This document shows positions 13,240 through 27,370 of a stretch of DNA of 64,000 nt, piece after piece. The notes under the pieces were generated by a model that saw only the letters and a list, made by a program, of their open reading frames with translations, did no database searches and was not told the origin of the DNA. The stretch comes from Octopus vulgaris (taxonomy: Eukaryota), in NCBI GenBank assembly GCA_951406725.2, contig OX597828.1:31744001-31808000 (forward strand), given 5' to 3'. A program made the translations under genes and the position numbers. Numbering within the stretch: the stretch's first letter is position 1; the number at the start of each line of letters is the position of its first letter.

Positions 13240-15180
13240 TTGATAGATAGCCGTTTTAAATCTTTTTTTGTACTCTTTCTCGATTGTAGTTAAGAGTTTT
13301 CGCTCTTTCGTGATTAAAGATCCTGGAATCAGTGGCTCCGTTTCTACGCATTCACGTGCATTAAGTCGGTTCAACTGGGTAATCGTTTCCTCTGTAATAC
13401 TAGGAGTAATTGCATCCCTCCCTGACGCCAGGATGCGTGTGGAGAAACCCATTTCATAGTTTTTGTGGTGGTTAGAACAAGGCACTGGAAGTATGGCGTG
13501 TAAACTGCGTTCCTTCCCACTAAGCTGAAACTCCTCAGGGTCGATCCAAATTATTCCATCCACAGGAGCGTGTCGTGAAGTACACCACTATAAATATAAA
13601 AACAAAGATATCACCGGTCGCACTCCATTGGTTGAATTTTTCTGTTCGGACATTAGTTTAATCAGCATACTTCTGTTTGATGTGTGCAAGATAGTACTTG
13701 CGCGCGTGGCCTCGTTTTATGAAACTGTCGGGGAGGTAAGATCTCGTGATGTTATTTTGAAAACTAGTTCTCTATGGTCTCCCGGTAGTATGGCAGAACA
13801 ACGTAGCCCCAGTGATTATTATGTAGGTCTTCTCTATCATGTCCCCTTTTTTGTATAGATCGCCATCGTTGTCACGTCTCCAGCCGTTAATTTTTGCTTT
13901 GCGCTTGTTGCTGCTGTGTTGCTGTTGTTCGTGTTGATGTGGTTGAGGCTGCTGTAGTTAGCCGGCAAGGTATTTTAATCAGTCGTCTTTTTCTGTTTGT
14001 CTCTTTTCAAAATTAGTGGAAAACGTCTGAAAGAATTTTCACTACATTTGGCAGAAATGCTCGTCGGTTGAGTGGCCCAAAACGATGTTCAATGAGTGTG
14101 ATTATCTTAAAAAAAAGAAAAAAATAATCGAACTTACAATTTTCCTGATAAGCAAGTGGTCATATTTATATCACTTTCTTTCATATGAATTGATCCTCGC
14201 CTGCGTGAGTATAAGTCATCGTATACCTATGCGCGTAGACACGTATACGTACATACATTATTATGGCTGCCCCCTCGTTATCCAGTATGGCCATTGCACT
14301 AAGCTTAACTGTTACTGGTGTTGTGATCGAATGTGACTTTTTAGCCCAGCTAAAGATCTACAATGTCTTGTACAGAATTGGCAACTAATACCTTTACCGG
14401 TTATAGCCGGCTGTAGTTGTAACTGGGTTACATGTACATTTGCATGTCGTTTAAGTCCTCCTGCCGAATTACATTCTCTTCCACATGCCCAACAGATATG
14501 ATTAATATGGTGTGTTACACCACTACCAGTGGCCAAGTTGTCACTCGCATTATATACCACGCTATCATTTGCAGAAAGATCTATCTCTGAGTAATTTATG
14601 CATCGCCCCTCCGATAGTTTTGTTGTTGTGAATCTTGTGTTTTTTTTTTCATTTTGTTATTGTTGTTGCTATTGTCGTTGTTTTCATCAGCTAGTTGGCC
14701 GTTGTTGTCACAGTGGTTGTTGATGTTGTTGCTATTACGATGGTGATATTGGTCGTCACTAGTTCTTAGGTCGTTCGCGTTATCGGTTCTGCAACCATGT
14801 GCCCTTACGATACCTGGATTTGATATTAGGTGGATCTACGGTCTGTGATATCGACCGGTGGGCTTTCGGTTCCGTTGTGCCCATGTGTTGATCGCGTCAG
14901 AGACTTTCTCTAAAAACGTTCCACGTATTATTTTCGATACAGCCACTTCGCGAAATTCATCCGCACTAAGTTAACTGTTTCTTCGTCGACACAGCTGCTT
15001 AGGAGGCGCTTAAATCCATTAAGGGATAATTTGTATTTCAACGACTTTGCATACGCTGGGTCTGAGTAGAGGTAGATGTTTCCTTGTGCCTCTATCACGA
15101 AGAATCGGATTGTTGCATGCGCCGAGGCAAAGGTGACGTTGAAAGCTAGCGAGCCGATCTAGCGAGCCCGTTACTGGTGG
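13240..15180 (-). mobile_element. Possible degenerate LINE ORF1-like region, interrupted by an RTE 3' end
   Basis: GC-richer, coding-like island. Minus-strand segments LAFNVTFASAHATIRFFVIEAQGNIYLY, a GHMVAE knuckle-like remnant, Thr/Gln-rich low-complexity linkers and ORF 13117..13563. The family assignment is inference only. Confidence 0.3.
14262..14620 (-). mobile_element. 3' end of RTE-clade LINE with two C2H2 zinc fingers
   Basis: HICWACGRECNSAGGLKRHANVH and CQFCTRHCRSLAGLKSHIRSQH followed by a stop and a short tail gcaatggccatactggataacgaggggcagcc(ata)n; related copy at 60990-61205. Confidence 0.7.
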
Positions 15181-15304
15181 ATTTTCAATGTCGAAGTATA
15201 TATTGTGGTTGAATCATTCACCTTACACACAGACAAACACAGACAAACACACAGACACACACACGCACACACACACATACATACACAGACATATATGCAT
15301 ATAC

Positions 15305-15342
<38 letters not shown>

Positions 15343-15509
15343 ACTTATATTAAAGGATATATTACTGGACGCTTAAGTCTAATTTGGAACAACAACGTGT
15401 TTCTTAAAGCATCGTAAAAAATTGCCTTAGTTGAATTTTCGTTTTTCTTTGCTAAAATATACATCCACTTCATTTCAAGATACCTTGGTCTTTTCAGATA
15501 GTTTTTCAA

Positions 15510-15610
15510 AGTGTTTAGCAGTATTTCGTTCGTCTTGAAGTCTGAGTTTACATTCTGCCGAGGCCGGATGCGCTTTCATCCATTCTCTGTCGATAAAAAA
15601 AGTATCGGTT
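15510..15610 (+). mobile_element. SINE family A fragment
   Basis: ttagcagtatttcgttcgtcttgaagtctgagttt...ctgccgaggcc...gctttcatcc...gtcgataaaa. Confidence 0.6.
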
Positions 15611-15829
15611 AATCGCTAAGTCAGAATTGCATATAACTCTATTTCAGTTGTAATATGTTCGTTATGTATGGAAATTATTCAAAGACTGCCAATAGTTACA
15701 AGTTTAAGCAGCAGGCAGGACCGTTTTAACTCACAAAACGTTTTATTTTGTGGACCAAAATAACAATGTAAATCATGATTTGAATTTAGATGCGGCTTAT
15801 ATTTTTGGGTTCAAAGAATGTTCATTTCA

Positions 15830-16900
15830 TATATCGGTATCTGTATATTCACTTTTACGAGTTAATTCACGATTACATATAGTTCTCCCTACATAGGTCG
15901 TGAGAAGATCATATCTAGCGGACATTGTTTCGGAAGTAATAACTATGTGATCAACCACTTGAAATACTGGTTTACCAAAATTTGTATTTGTTATGAAATA
16001 ATAGTTTCCAAGTTCTCTCGAGTAGATACTTGGTGGAATGTCTTTCTCCTGGTGTGCATCAACATAACTTGCAAAGTGTAATCTTATAAACTTGCCTGTA
16101 GAATTCATCAACATTTAAAAGTGCTTTATACCCTTAATGGTTCTCGTTTCAAGTACCCATGTACAGCATTCTAATTGCACTATATTACACATAGGCATTC
16201 TCCTGCACGCGCGCAAATACATCACACACAAGAATACATAAGCAAGCACACACATACGGATATATTGTATTGTGTTTCTGCCGTGTGGAATAGAATTTCC
16301 ATATGTTCCTAAGACATACATCTGCATCACGTTTTATTCCAAGTTTCTCACCATATTCAGTAGCTATCCCACTGACGTCATTATATTCGTGCACGCAAAG
16401 TAGAGCGTACTGAGCGGTTTCTTCTGAGGGAGGTATTGCTTTAATGTAACAGCCCATGTTTCATACAATGTTAATACAGATACATATCAAATCGGTATTC
16501 TTTGTGTAAGGAATATAATACTTATTCCCCCATTGATCGTGAATTTCCCATCAACGCTGAGCAGTGTGATATTTCTTATGCCCATATAACTGCATTATTC
16601 TAAGAACCGTAAGGCTTGATGCAGATGTCAATACAGGCAATAAAATCGTGTTTTAAGCGATATGCTTCTTGTACGATGAATCCTCTGATTACCATAATTT
16701 TCTTTAATTTTATTCTTCCTATTGATGTATGGCTTATCATGCATAATATTCTCATGATATAAAAGATATCTATAGCATAATTGTGAAGGCTGAATTGTAG
16801 AAGGAAGGCACAGCCGAAAGTTGTTCACGCCTTACCACGATCGATGCACAAAATTTCTATCTGATGTCAGTGAGAAAATTAGCAATATAATCCAACAGAT
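15830..16900 (-). pseudogene. Highly degenerate non-LTR (RTE-like) reverse transcriptase relic
   Basis: Minus-strand GIRNITLLSVDGK (cf. RT motif YRGITLLSVxGK) near 16540-16585, and FQVVDHIVITSETMS (cf. LQVVDKFVYLGSTMS) near 15920-15965. Confidence 0.4.
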
Positions 16901-18794
16901 TTTGATATAATTTATATTTGGCGAAACGTACTTGAGGCTGTTTAGAATTGAAATTTAGCTTTCTCTATTCATTTATGTTATCATTATATTGCGTGAATAA
17001 GTAGGTTACCTTATTTAGAAGGGTTCCAAGTACATTAGAAATACGCAATTGCTCTTCAGAAGACTCCTTTAATGAAACGTGATATCAGATTTTATTTGAC
17101 TGTTATACATGATAGGTGAAGTAGCGCACCAGTTGTGGTATTTATGCATACACGGATATATATGTATTTTTGTAACTTTCAGTGTATGACTTCAGCAACT
17201 CTTTGCTGTATATGAGTGTTTCTAAAGCATTTACGTGATACAGAAAGTGAGTAAATGTTCAAACAATTGTGCATATTTTTTTCACGTTGCCAATAAGCAG
17301 TACACTTGCACGCTGCAAAAAGACGATGAATATCTGTTTAGTGGATGTATGTGGCATGTAATAGGGAATAATTTCTGACAGCTGCTCGTTGTTATCCATT
17401 TGGATAGAGATTTTATAACTTAACGATTCATCGTATCACATGCTGTGTACCTAAATGTGAATGACAAATTGCTTTGGCTGATGTGGACAATGAATGAGCT
17501 AAATTATTATTTACCATTTCATATCTGGATTTATAGCGCTGAAATTGATGATGGATCTCTGTGAAATGTACTTAGGGTTTTTGTTTTTTCGTTGAAATGT
17601 AAAAACATTGAATGTTTACAGAATTGATGAAGATGTTGTTAGTGTTAGGAGGGTTGTAGGTGAAATATACACCATTCCTTACCGTGTGCCTACCCTATAT
17701 TATTCATGAATGAAATCATTGTTGGCGATATTATCATTCTTACAGTATGTGTTCAAACGGTTGTCATAATTTAAAGACTGCGTTTTAAAATCTTTCATGT
17801 TTGTTTCTTGCAGTAATGGATAGAAACTAGGATTTTCTCTGACTGCGGAATGAAAGTGCAACGAGTAGATTTTCATATAGGACATCTGTAGAATTTGTTG
17901 AATATATTATAAAAATATCTCAGGCTTTTCAAACATATATTTTTTAGCGTTGACATTTGTTTGGGAGTTATATTCTTAAAAGTATAAAACGACCAGACGT
18001 TAATACATCATAGGATAAACCTGTCTGTGAGCATGCAATATGTGATGCATAAGAAACTAAAAGGTGAAAACTTATATAATTAGATGTAATGAACATAGAT
18101 AATAAGACCCTGGTTGCTATCCAAAGTTAAATCTATATAAAGGAAAACTGCATAACAGAAAAAAATCAATGTGGTGACGAAACAATGGGATGCAATTATA
18201 GAATTGTTTTATTCAAACTTGCTCCATGATTTAGCATGTTCAAATAATTGCTTGTAATACAGGTAAAACAAAATGTATCTAGCAACATATCAGCTCATCT
18301 AACTGCACTCATAAACACAATTGCGTCAAGGTTTGCGTTTCAATATGATTATCACTAACAACAAACTCTAAGCTTAATAGCTATCGACTCAAACACCATT
18401 AATTTATATTTTATTCTCAAAAGCATGTATTTTGGTACCCTGACCAAAAAAGAAAAATATTTTTCGTTTCATGTATTTGGTCGTTAAGGGCATATTCAAT
18501 AGTTTATTACCTAAAATGAAAGAAAGTCCTGAGTTAATACAGACACAAGGAACAATATTCTCCACAAACAATACAAGAATCCTATAGCCTTTACGTAAAT
18601 ATCCCATTCATGAAATACTTTGCTGAAAAAATATTAATAATTGCAATTATAAGATTTCAAACAAAAGCTGCCAATTGTCTGCATCCACGCATACGTTTTA
18701 TGTGTGTATATGAATGTTTGCGTGTGTCTGTGAATGTGCGTGTATATGTATGCATGAATATATATAGACACACACACGCACAAGCACACACATA

Positions 18795-18860
<66 letters not shown>

Positions 18861-18864
18861 ATAT

Positions 18865-18928
<64 letters not shown>

Positions 18929-19354
18929 GTCTGCGCATTTATACATGAAGGTATATGGCCATGTGTGTGTGTAGTTCAGAAGTAGACTTACGCGACCATG
19001 TCTCCACCTAAATTCATATACTGCAAAGATTAATTTAGGACTTTCAATATATACTGAGAATAGTATATGAGTATAGTTAAAATCACACCAACGAGATTTC
19101 GTGTGAAAGTATAACATTTTTAAATATTGATGCTGTGAGTGAAATACATTTGTTTAGAGATCAATATGCTTCATGTTAATTTCGTATCTTGATGTGCATA
19201 TATTTGTACATGTTTACCTTATATTAAACATCGTAAATTTTACATCACATACAGTATATCTATAGCATTGATACACGAGTTGTAATTTACATATACTATA
19301 TCTTATTGGAATGCACGAGATATTAGTTACAAATCGATGACGTCCACCTTAGCG

Positions 19355-19500
19355 ATTAACCGATACTTATTTCATCGACACAGAGAGGATGGAAGCGCAA
19401 CAGGCCTCGGCAGAATGTGACCTCAGACCGCAAGACAAACGAAAAACCGCTAAGCATTTTGAATAGCGTGATGTGATATCATTTCTCTCAGCTTGCTGCC
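19355..19500 (-). mobile_element. SINE family A fragment
   Basis: accgatacttatttcatcgac...aggatggaag...cctcggcagaatgtgacctcaga...gaaaaaccgctaagcattt. Confidence 0.65.
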
Positions 19501-19937
19501 CGAAGGGCTTCACGTATTAGCATATTTAAATATACGTAGCATATTTCAGTTCGGAATAATATAAAAGTTTTATCAGAATATTTTTTTGCATATATTTCGA
19601 AGATTAAATATTAATCAGAACCAAAAATTGCTTATTTTACCAAATTTTGCTTCTTTAGTCTCTCGACCGCCTTCAAGTATCAACTTTTGCATAATATTAG
19701 TTAAACTATTGATTTTATTAATTTAAGTTTATAGACGCAATTTAGATAAATATTTGACGATCAATATAACGCCCTCCCACACACATGCTTATTAGAGATG
19801 CATACATGTGGAGAGGGATTACGCACGGCTTTTGCAATGCATTTTGCTTTATATTATGCATGAAATACACTAGAGAGAATTTGTAAATATATTCTTCGTC
19901 TTAATGAATATTTAAGCAATTACGAATGCATTATCAA

Positions 19938-20010
<73 letters not shown>

Positions 20011-20691
20011 GTATGTGTGAGCATATATGTATGTATGTGTGCGTGCCTTTTAAATACAAGAATTAACCCTTAATATAATTTAAATTATGTACATGTTTTA
20101 TATACGATTCCACGAGTATCTCATTATTTATATTTAGATTGTGGTTGTGTTTACAAGAACAATGTTTATATTGATTTTATGTTCATGATTCAAACATTAT
20201 TTCTGCCGTCACATATATGCACAGATGCGTCAGGCAGCTGTTGTTTAAAGGCAGTTAACCACTGACGGAACATAACATAATAACTAGGACTAAGTCACAC
20301 ATTGTGTCTTTCTGCTTCTTAATTTGTATGGAAATGACGTGAGGGCGACTTGTCTGCATTTCACAGCGGAATTATGTTACACGCAGTGAAATAATTTATA
20401 TTCAATACGTATGTATTATATGTGGCAAATACAACTGATGTATGACATAGGGTGACTTGTGTTTATAGAAAATATGCGTGTTCCAAATGGAGAAAAAAGA
20501 CTAATATTTAACCCATATCTTCTATATATGCATGGGTATGTGCAATATGAATGTGTCGATGTGAGCATGTGTATACGTTTTTGTGTGTGTGTTTGTGTGT
20601 GTATGTATGTATCTATATACATATATATATATATATATATACCTATATCTATATATCAACGCACACACACACACATACACACACACACACG

Positions 20692-20727
<36 letters not shown>

Positions 20728-22077
20728 CATAAATATAATACATAAAGACACAACATCCATGTGCATATCCATGCTTATAAACATGTACGCATAATCTCCC
20801 ACAGATTCAATGCACTAACTTTCATATATGCGCGTATGCATGTGTACATGCATTTTCTGCATATTTATGTGGCATAGTTGTCAATCGTTTCTGACGAATT
20901 GTTTTGCTGAGTATAGCGTGAAATATAGGCTCGTCATCGGTTCACTCTCTGTCCTCTGGCAAACACATATTTCTTCGGTTGACATTGTTCTGCTGACAGT
21001 TTCGAGAATTTGGTTTCCAAGAGCAGAATGCAGAAACATGTATAATATGTAAGCCTTCCGGCACATTGTTTTATGTAACACTGCGCGTGTCTGGTTGTAT
21101 TGATTCCACTGCGTCTTTCTTTCTCATTGCGGGGTTGTTCTGCTGCATTTTATGTAGGCATATTGTGTAAAGACATGTTTCAATAATCTGTCTCCAACTT
21201 TATTGCGAGCATTTTTGTTGTATTGTTTCTCTTCTCTAAGCTCTATGAATAGCAATATTACTGAGAGCATTACTTTAGACTGCTGCGAGTTGTCTGCATA
21301 TGTTTAAGAACTATTCATTTATTGTAATCTGGCCTAATTCAGAACGGACCACATACGGTTGTCTATCGTGCCCTCTTTCTTCTTTTTCCGAGCTAGCATC
21401 AGTAACCTGTGGACACCGAATTTCTATACAGATATATAACATATATCGGAGATATTTTGTTCTCATAAGACTAGATTTGAGTCCAGAAACTCGGTTTATT
21501 TTGTTGTAAACCTGTGATTTCAAAAACAGTATATAATTTTTCACATGTTTCATTACTTTGATAATCACATTGATTTTTATTTTGATGGGAAAATATAAAT
21601 TATATTAGACGAAATATGTTTATTGAGCTTAGAAATCAGATACTTTTCGAAACAGAGATACAATGAGGCAGAGATTAAAACACAGAAGTAGAATAGTGTC
21701 AGTCATCAATTTTTAGTTATACTCCTAACTTGATGTGTTATTCAGTAAGTAAAGACGTACGTTTATACATATATTCTTTAAATTAAATCTAAAACACACG
21801 CATACACACACACCGGCGCACACAGATTCATATATGCGCGTATGCATGTGTACATGCATTTTCTGTATACTTATGTATAGTTGTCAAGTACAATATTGAT
21901 AGCCCGTGTGTGCTCCATTGTGTGTGTAGTTTTGTATTTTTATTTTTATTTAATGGATATTATATGCATATCGTTGCATATATTATTACTGAATTATGCA
22001 TCCATTTATTTATTAATATATCTAAAACTTCAGCGCAGATACACCCACCCACACCCACACACACACACACACACACA

Positions 22078-22130
<53 letters not shown>

Positions 22131-25100
22131 TTATTTTTTAAATACCAGTAAGGTATTGTTGTGTTTCCTAATTGGACACTATCCACTCAATTTAATCAAA
22201 ATGATATTGAGCTTTTCATCATTCCGTGTTCTTGATGCATGCTTATCAACTTTATTTAATCCATCCTTCCATTGTTGAAATCCTTACAGTGTTCATGTAA
22301 TGGTGCAAAGTCTGAGCAGCCATTGTTAATTTTGTAATTGTGTGAAAGTTCAGTTACTTGAAATATTCAATGAACTTTCTTTTGCACAATTCTCTAGATT
22401 TCATTTACAAATTCATCTGACATATAAATTATGGTAGTATAAGAAGTGGATGAGGAATATCTTATATTTAACCATTAAAATATCGTCTAAAGTTTTATTA
22501 CAGAATAATCTGCCTTCTGTGTCTATGTGAATAAACTGTCTACTATGTCATAAAAAATGACTTCATTATATTACTGTTATATACTTCTCATGATATAAAC
22601 TCGTCTTGGCCTATTTTTGCAACACGCAATCCTGATTTCTTGCATTCTTAATTTATCTATGCAAGACTAACATCAATTATGCTAATTGTAGGTGAAGATG
22701 GGAATCCCAGACACTTTATATGATACTGAATTAATTATAAATCTTATCATTTTTAACTTCAAAGTTTTTAAATCGAATATTCTTCTTTTCTGTTTTATAT
22801 GCATATATTTATAGGCATTTTCTAATGCGCGAAATCTATTAAGAGAGTATTAAGAGCCTGTACAGCGCTAGTATTATAATTTCTTAAGTGGTGGACGTCG
22901 TTAGTATCAGGTTTTAGAAAATGGCTTCAGATAAGAATTAATGAGTTTCTTTATCAAATTCTACAATGTATTTTGTAATTAACGAGTATCGAACTTTTGG
23001 GATGATCTCTTCCAAAACACACTTTGACCAAAGTTTAGAAAGTGTCTGCAAATTGTCTTGAAGTGAATTATATAGTATGCCGGTTATGGACGGAAAGAAT
23101 CATGTTTAGTATTTGCACAGAATAATGTAATCGAGAGCAAAAAGGACTGGCAACTAAAACCTTTAACGATAACTCCAACAGTGGATAATTGTGTATTGTG
23201 TAAGTATACAATTTCAGATTTATATATACTGCTAATTCAAAACCATAACTAGGTGCCTTTCAGTGATTCTAGCGCAAAACTGAACCCACAGCATATTGAT
23301 ATAATAATGCACTTTTCACAAATTTACATTGTAACACACTTAATTATTATGAAATACGGAAGTGAATTCATGCTTCCAATCATTTATAATACACTTTGTC
23401 AGTTATTAATTTTGCTTTCTTTGGTAAGCATCATAGCTCTGAAATAAAGAAAGATTAAGATGTTGAATATTACCCGACGGCAGTATTGTTTCATATTACT
23501 TTGAAAATTTTCAAATATCTTATTACCTTTAGGCATCTAAAATTTTATACAGATGGTTGCGGAAATATGGAGGCATCACCCATATATCCGTCCACCTTTA
23601 ATGTATTTATCACAATGTTAGATGAGGAGCCGTTCAGAGTGAATATAGTTTGAATCAAATTCATCATTTCGGAAATATCTCGCAAATGGTGTGCAAAGGC
23701 CCCCGCCTTCATGAATTTTTTTTTTTTTTTTGAGAATTTTTAAAGATTTATAATATCATTATATTCATGCTTACATGCGCGCGTACACACATACGCATAC
23801 AGACACATGCATATATGTGTGTGTGTATTTGTGTATGTGCACGCGCTTGTGTGTGTGTGTATTTGTGTATGTGTACGCGCTTGTGTGTGTGTGTGTGTGT
23901 ATTTGTGCTGAGCGTGTGTGTTCTAATTAAGGCACACTATTATGGAATATTTAGAATGTGACCCAGTGGACAACGAAGTCTCCGGTTAGTTTATTTTAAA
24001 CTGATAGCTTATTTTATTGACCTCGAAACGTTCAAACGTGTAATTAACTGCCATGATTTATTGTATATGAACTCAGAGAAAGACAACTCGGAAAACACAA
24101 AAGATTATCTTTTCAACTATATAATGATATTCGCAGTACACCTCATGTATGTAAAAGTGTGTATATGTATGTGTGTATATGACTATATAATTGCAACCAT
24201 ATGTAATTCTTTTCGCATTTAAATTTGTCCTTCTGTATTATATGATAGAATAATATTTGAATAAATGATGTGAAAGGAAAAAGGAATTTAAGGTAACAGA
24301 TTAATTTCGAAATCAATTTCCGATAATCTAATACATTAGTAATTGTTAAAATTGCAAAGGATCTCAGACGTATCATGACTACATAAATACTCCGAAAATA
24401 TAAAATCATTGTGTTTATCTTATTCATGTTTTGTATGAATTAAAGTAAACACATGATTTTGAATTATACTTAGATGAATATTATTTCAACTATTATTCCA
24501 TCGGCGCCTCTGCACGAAGTGAAACAGTACAAGAGAATGGATATTCCTTTTACACACCGTTAATATTTATACAATGCAGTACCGTCATCATTGGTTTAAT
24601 ACGCAGTATGTACTTTATAACATTTCGATATTTAGGTAGGCTAACTTTATAGTAGTGTTGCAACTTAAGTAATGTAAAACAATCACTGTGTTTACTTAAA
24701 TGACCTTCATACCGCTAGAGATTAGCGCAAGTGATTTTCACTTTCTTCAGATGATGGAGAAGAGTAGTTCAATACAGTGTATCAAATTCGTATAAAAAAG
24801 AAAAATGATACTTTGTTTATATTCCAAGTTACTACCCTGCTATATATTGGCGCAACTATTCTTTATTTGGTGTGATATACATTTGACGCAACGATCGTTT
24901 AAATAAACATTGCAACATTGCATACATTCACAATCCCACTCTTCTTTATACACATACCAAACGCATATATATTTTCGCTCATACTCTCTTTATATATGTA
25001 TGTGTGTGTGCATGTATGTATATGTATATGTATGTATGTATCTATGCACGTATATTCATATCTACATTCGACTAACTTCCTGTAGCACATTCACTTATTA

Positions 25101-25900
25101 TATCTCCCGTCATATATGCTATACAAATGTGTGTCTGTCTGTGTGTGTGAATGTGTTTTGATATTTATATTACGTTATGCGAATGATTGGTAAATATCTG
25201 CATACTATAATAACTGGTTCTTTACGAATATATATCCCATGTTTCAGAAAATTTGAGTCTTTCAATCGAAAATGATAAAGTGTCGATATATGACAAAAAC
25301 ATTGTCAGGTCGATATTTCAGACGGTTACTTAACCGCAAATGGCTTTATTCATGCTGCTACACTCATCGGACCTAGTATATAACATGCATAGCAGGGCGT
25401 GTTTTGGCGTCTGTAACGTAAGGTCTTTTACATGAACTAAGAAAATAAATAAATATAACTTCAAACACCAAATATAGCCAAGAATGTTGACATATTGATT
25501 TTGCAGTTTATTTTTTTATATTGTTTCAATAATAAAAAATTCTATTGGCCAAAAAATGTTATCTGGCACATTTCCTACAATCTAAATAGCTTAGAACTTT
25601 GCTTTGTAGGAAGCCAAAACATTTTTTGATATTTTATTTTCAGAAAGAATTTCTCATGTAATACGATTTGTATCCTATTAATTTAATAAAACAAAGTAGA
25701 CTGTATGGAACAGAGTGGGTAGGATTTTGCTAAATGTATGAATGAGCATTACTCGAAAGATTATCTACTTCCTTGTGTCTATGTCTATATAATCGTGCAC
25801 ATAAGTGTGCACATAAGTGTGCACAAGTGTATAAGACATATATTTATACTATTACACATCTATCTATCTGCCTATATACATACATACATACATACATAAA

Positions 25901-25976
<76 letters not shown>

Positions 25977-26649
25977 TGTATATATGTATAAGATTCAGTT
26001 GAATTAGGTACTTAAATTGAGGCACCTCATTAGATCGGAATAATATACACACAGAAAAATAGTAACTTAGTACATAAGTACCAGGATAATGATATTTCTG
26101 CAGTGTACGCACTCAATTAGATCTTGAGCTATTGAGATATGTAAATTGTGTCAAATATACTGTCCATAATATTTACGATGAGCAGATCGCGTGACAAGTG
26201 AATAAAATATAAATGAATAACAGTAGAAGTACAGGGGCCAATGCATTAAGGCCGTTTCTAACGACTCCGTTAATTGATTAAGGAAAACATTACACCATTG
26301 TAAAAAAAACGATTTCGTTAGATGAATTCATGTATGTTGGACATTTGGAATGACTTAGCATAGTTAAAAATACACAGAACCAAAAAAATTACAGTGATTC
26401 ACCTAATACATCAGTTGTAGATAAACATAATAAAATGCCAACTAAAATGGTAGCGCAATCACTGTAAATGCTTTTAGCCCGTGGATATTAAACTCTGTTA
26501 AATCATTCTGAATATCCTCTATTTTGAAGTTCATGAATTCATCTGATGACGTAATCTGATGATGTAATATTTTCCTTAATCAATTAAAGTGGTCGTTAGA
26601 AAGTCCATAACAACGGCGTCTGAAAATTCTTCAGCAATTTTGCCGAAAG

Positions 26650-26830
26650 AACGGCACAATGACATATGTTTCTGGGGGCAACTGTTCGTCCCACTCGTTA
26701 GTTCAGTCTCTCCATCAAATCGACGTTGTCTGAACAAGTGCACCGTGTCCTACCCGTCAGATGTCAAAGTGTTCACATAGCAACGTGAGATGAAGTGTTT
26801 TACCTCAGGAACACAACACACCGCCAGGTT
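26650..26830 (-). mobile_element. Degenerate SINE with core shared with family C
   Basis: gcaacgtgagatgaagtgttttacctcaggaacacaacac resembles the core at 37195-37235. Confidence 0.45.
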
Positions 26831-26831
26831 T

Positions 26832-26890
<59 letters not shown>

Positions 26891-27224
26891 AAGCTAGAGA
26901 GAAAGATAGAGATGCATACATAGAATAATCAATGTACTATAAAATATAACAGCTCATGGGAGTGGCCCTAATCTTTCAAGGGCTTTCTACTGAAAGTCTG
27001 ATAATGAATATTTGTCAAATACAAGAATACACCTTGACTGCAATGTTTTAATTTACATTTTAATTAACACGAAATATTATTTGTCTGAAGGAGTGTATTG
27101 CGTTGTTTGCAATTAGTAAGGTAATTTAATTGTCAAAGAAATTGAAAATGGGGGCATTTCTTAAGGAAACAAGTATAACCTTAGCTTTACACATGATTTA
27201 AGAGGTATCGTTTAAGTGTATGAC

Positions 27225-27370
<146 letters not shown>

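Noticed and set aside
25794-25830. 12-bp unit gtgcacataagt repeated about three times
   Set aside because: Ordinary slippage-type micro-duplication.
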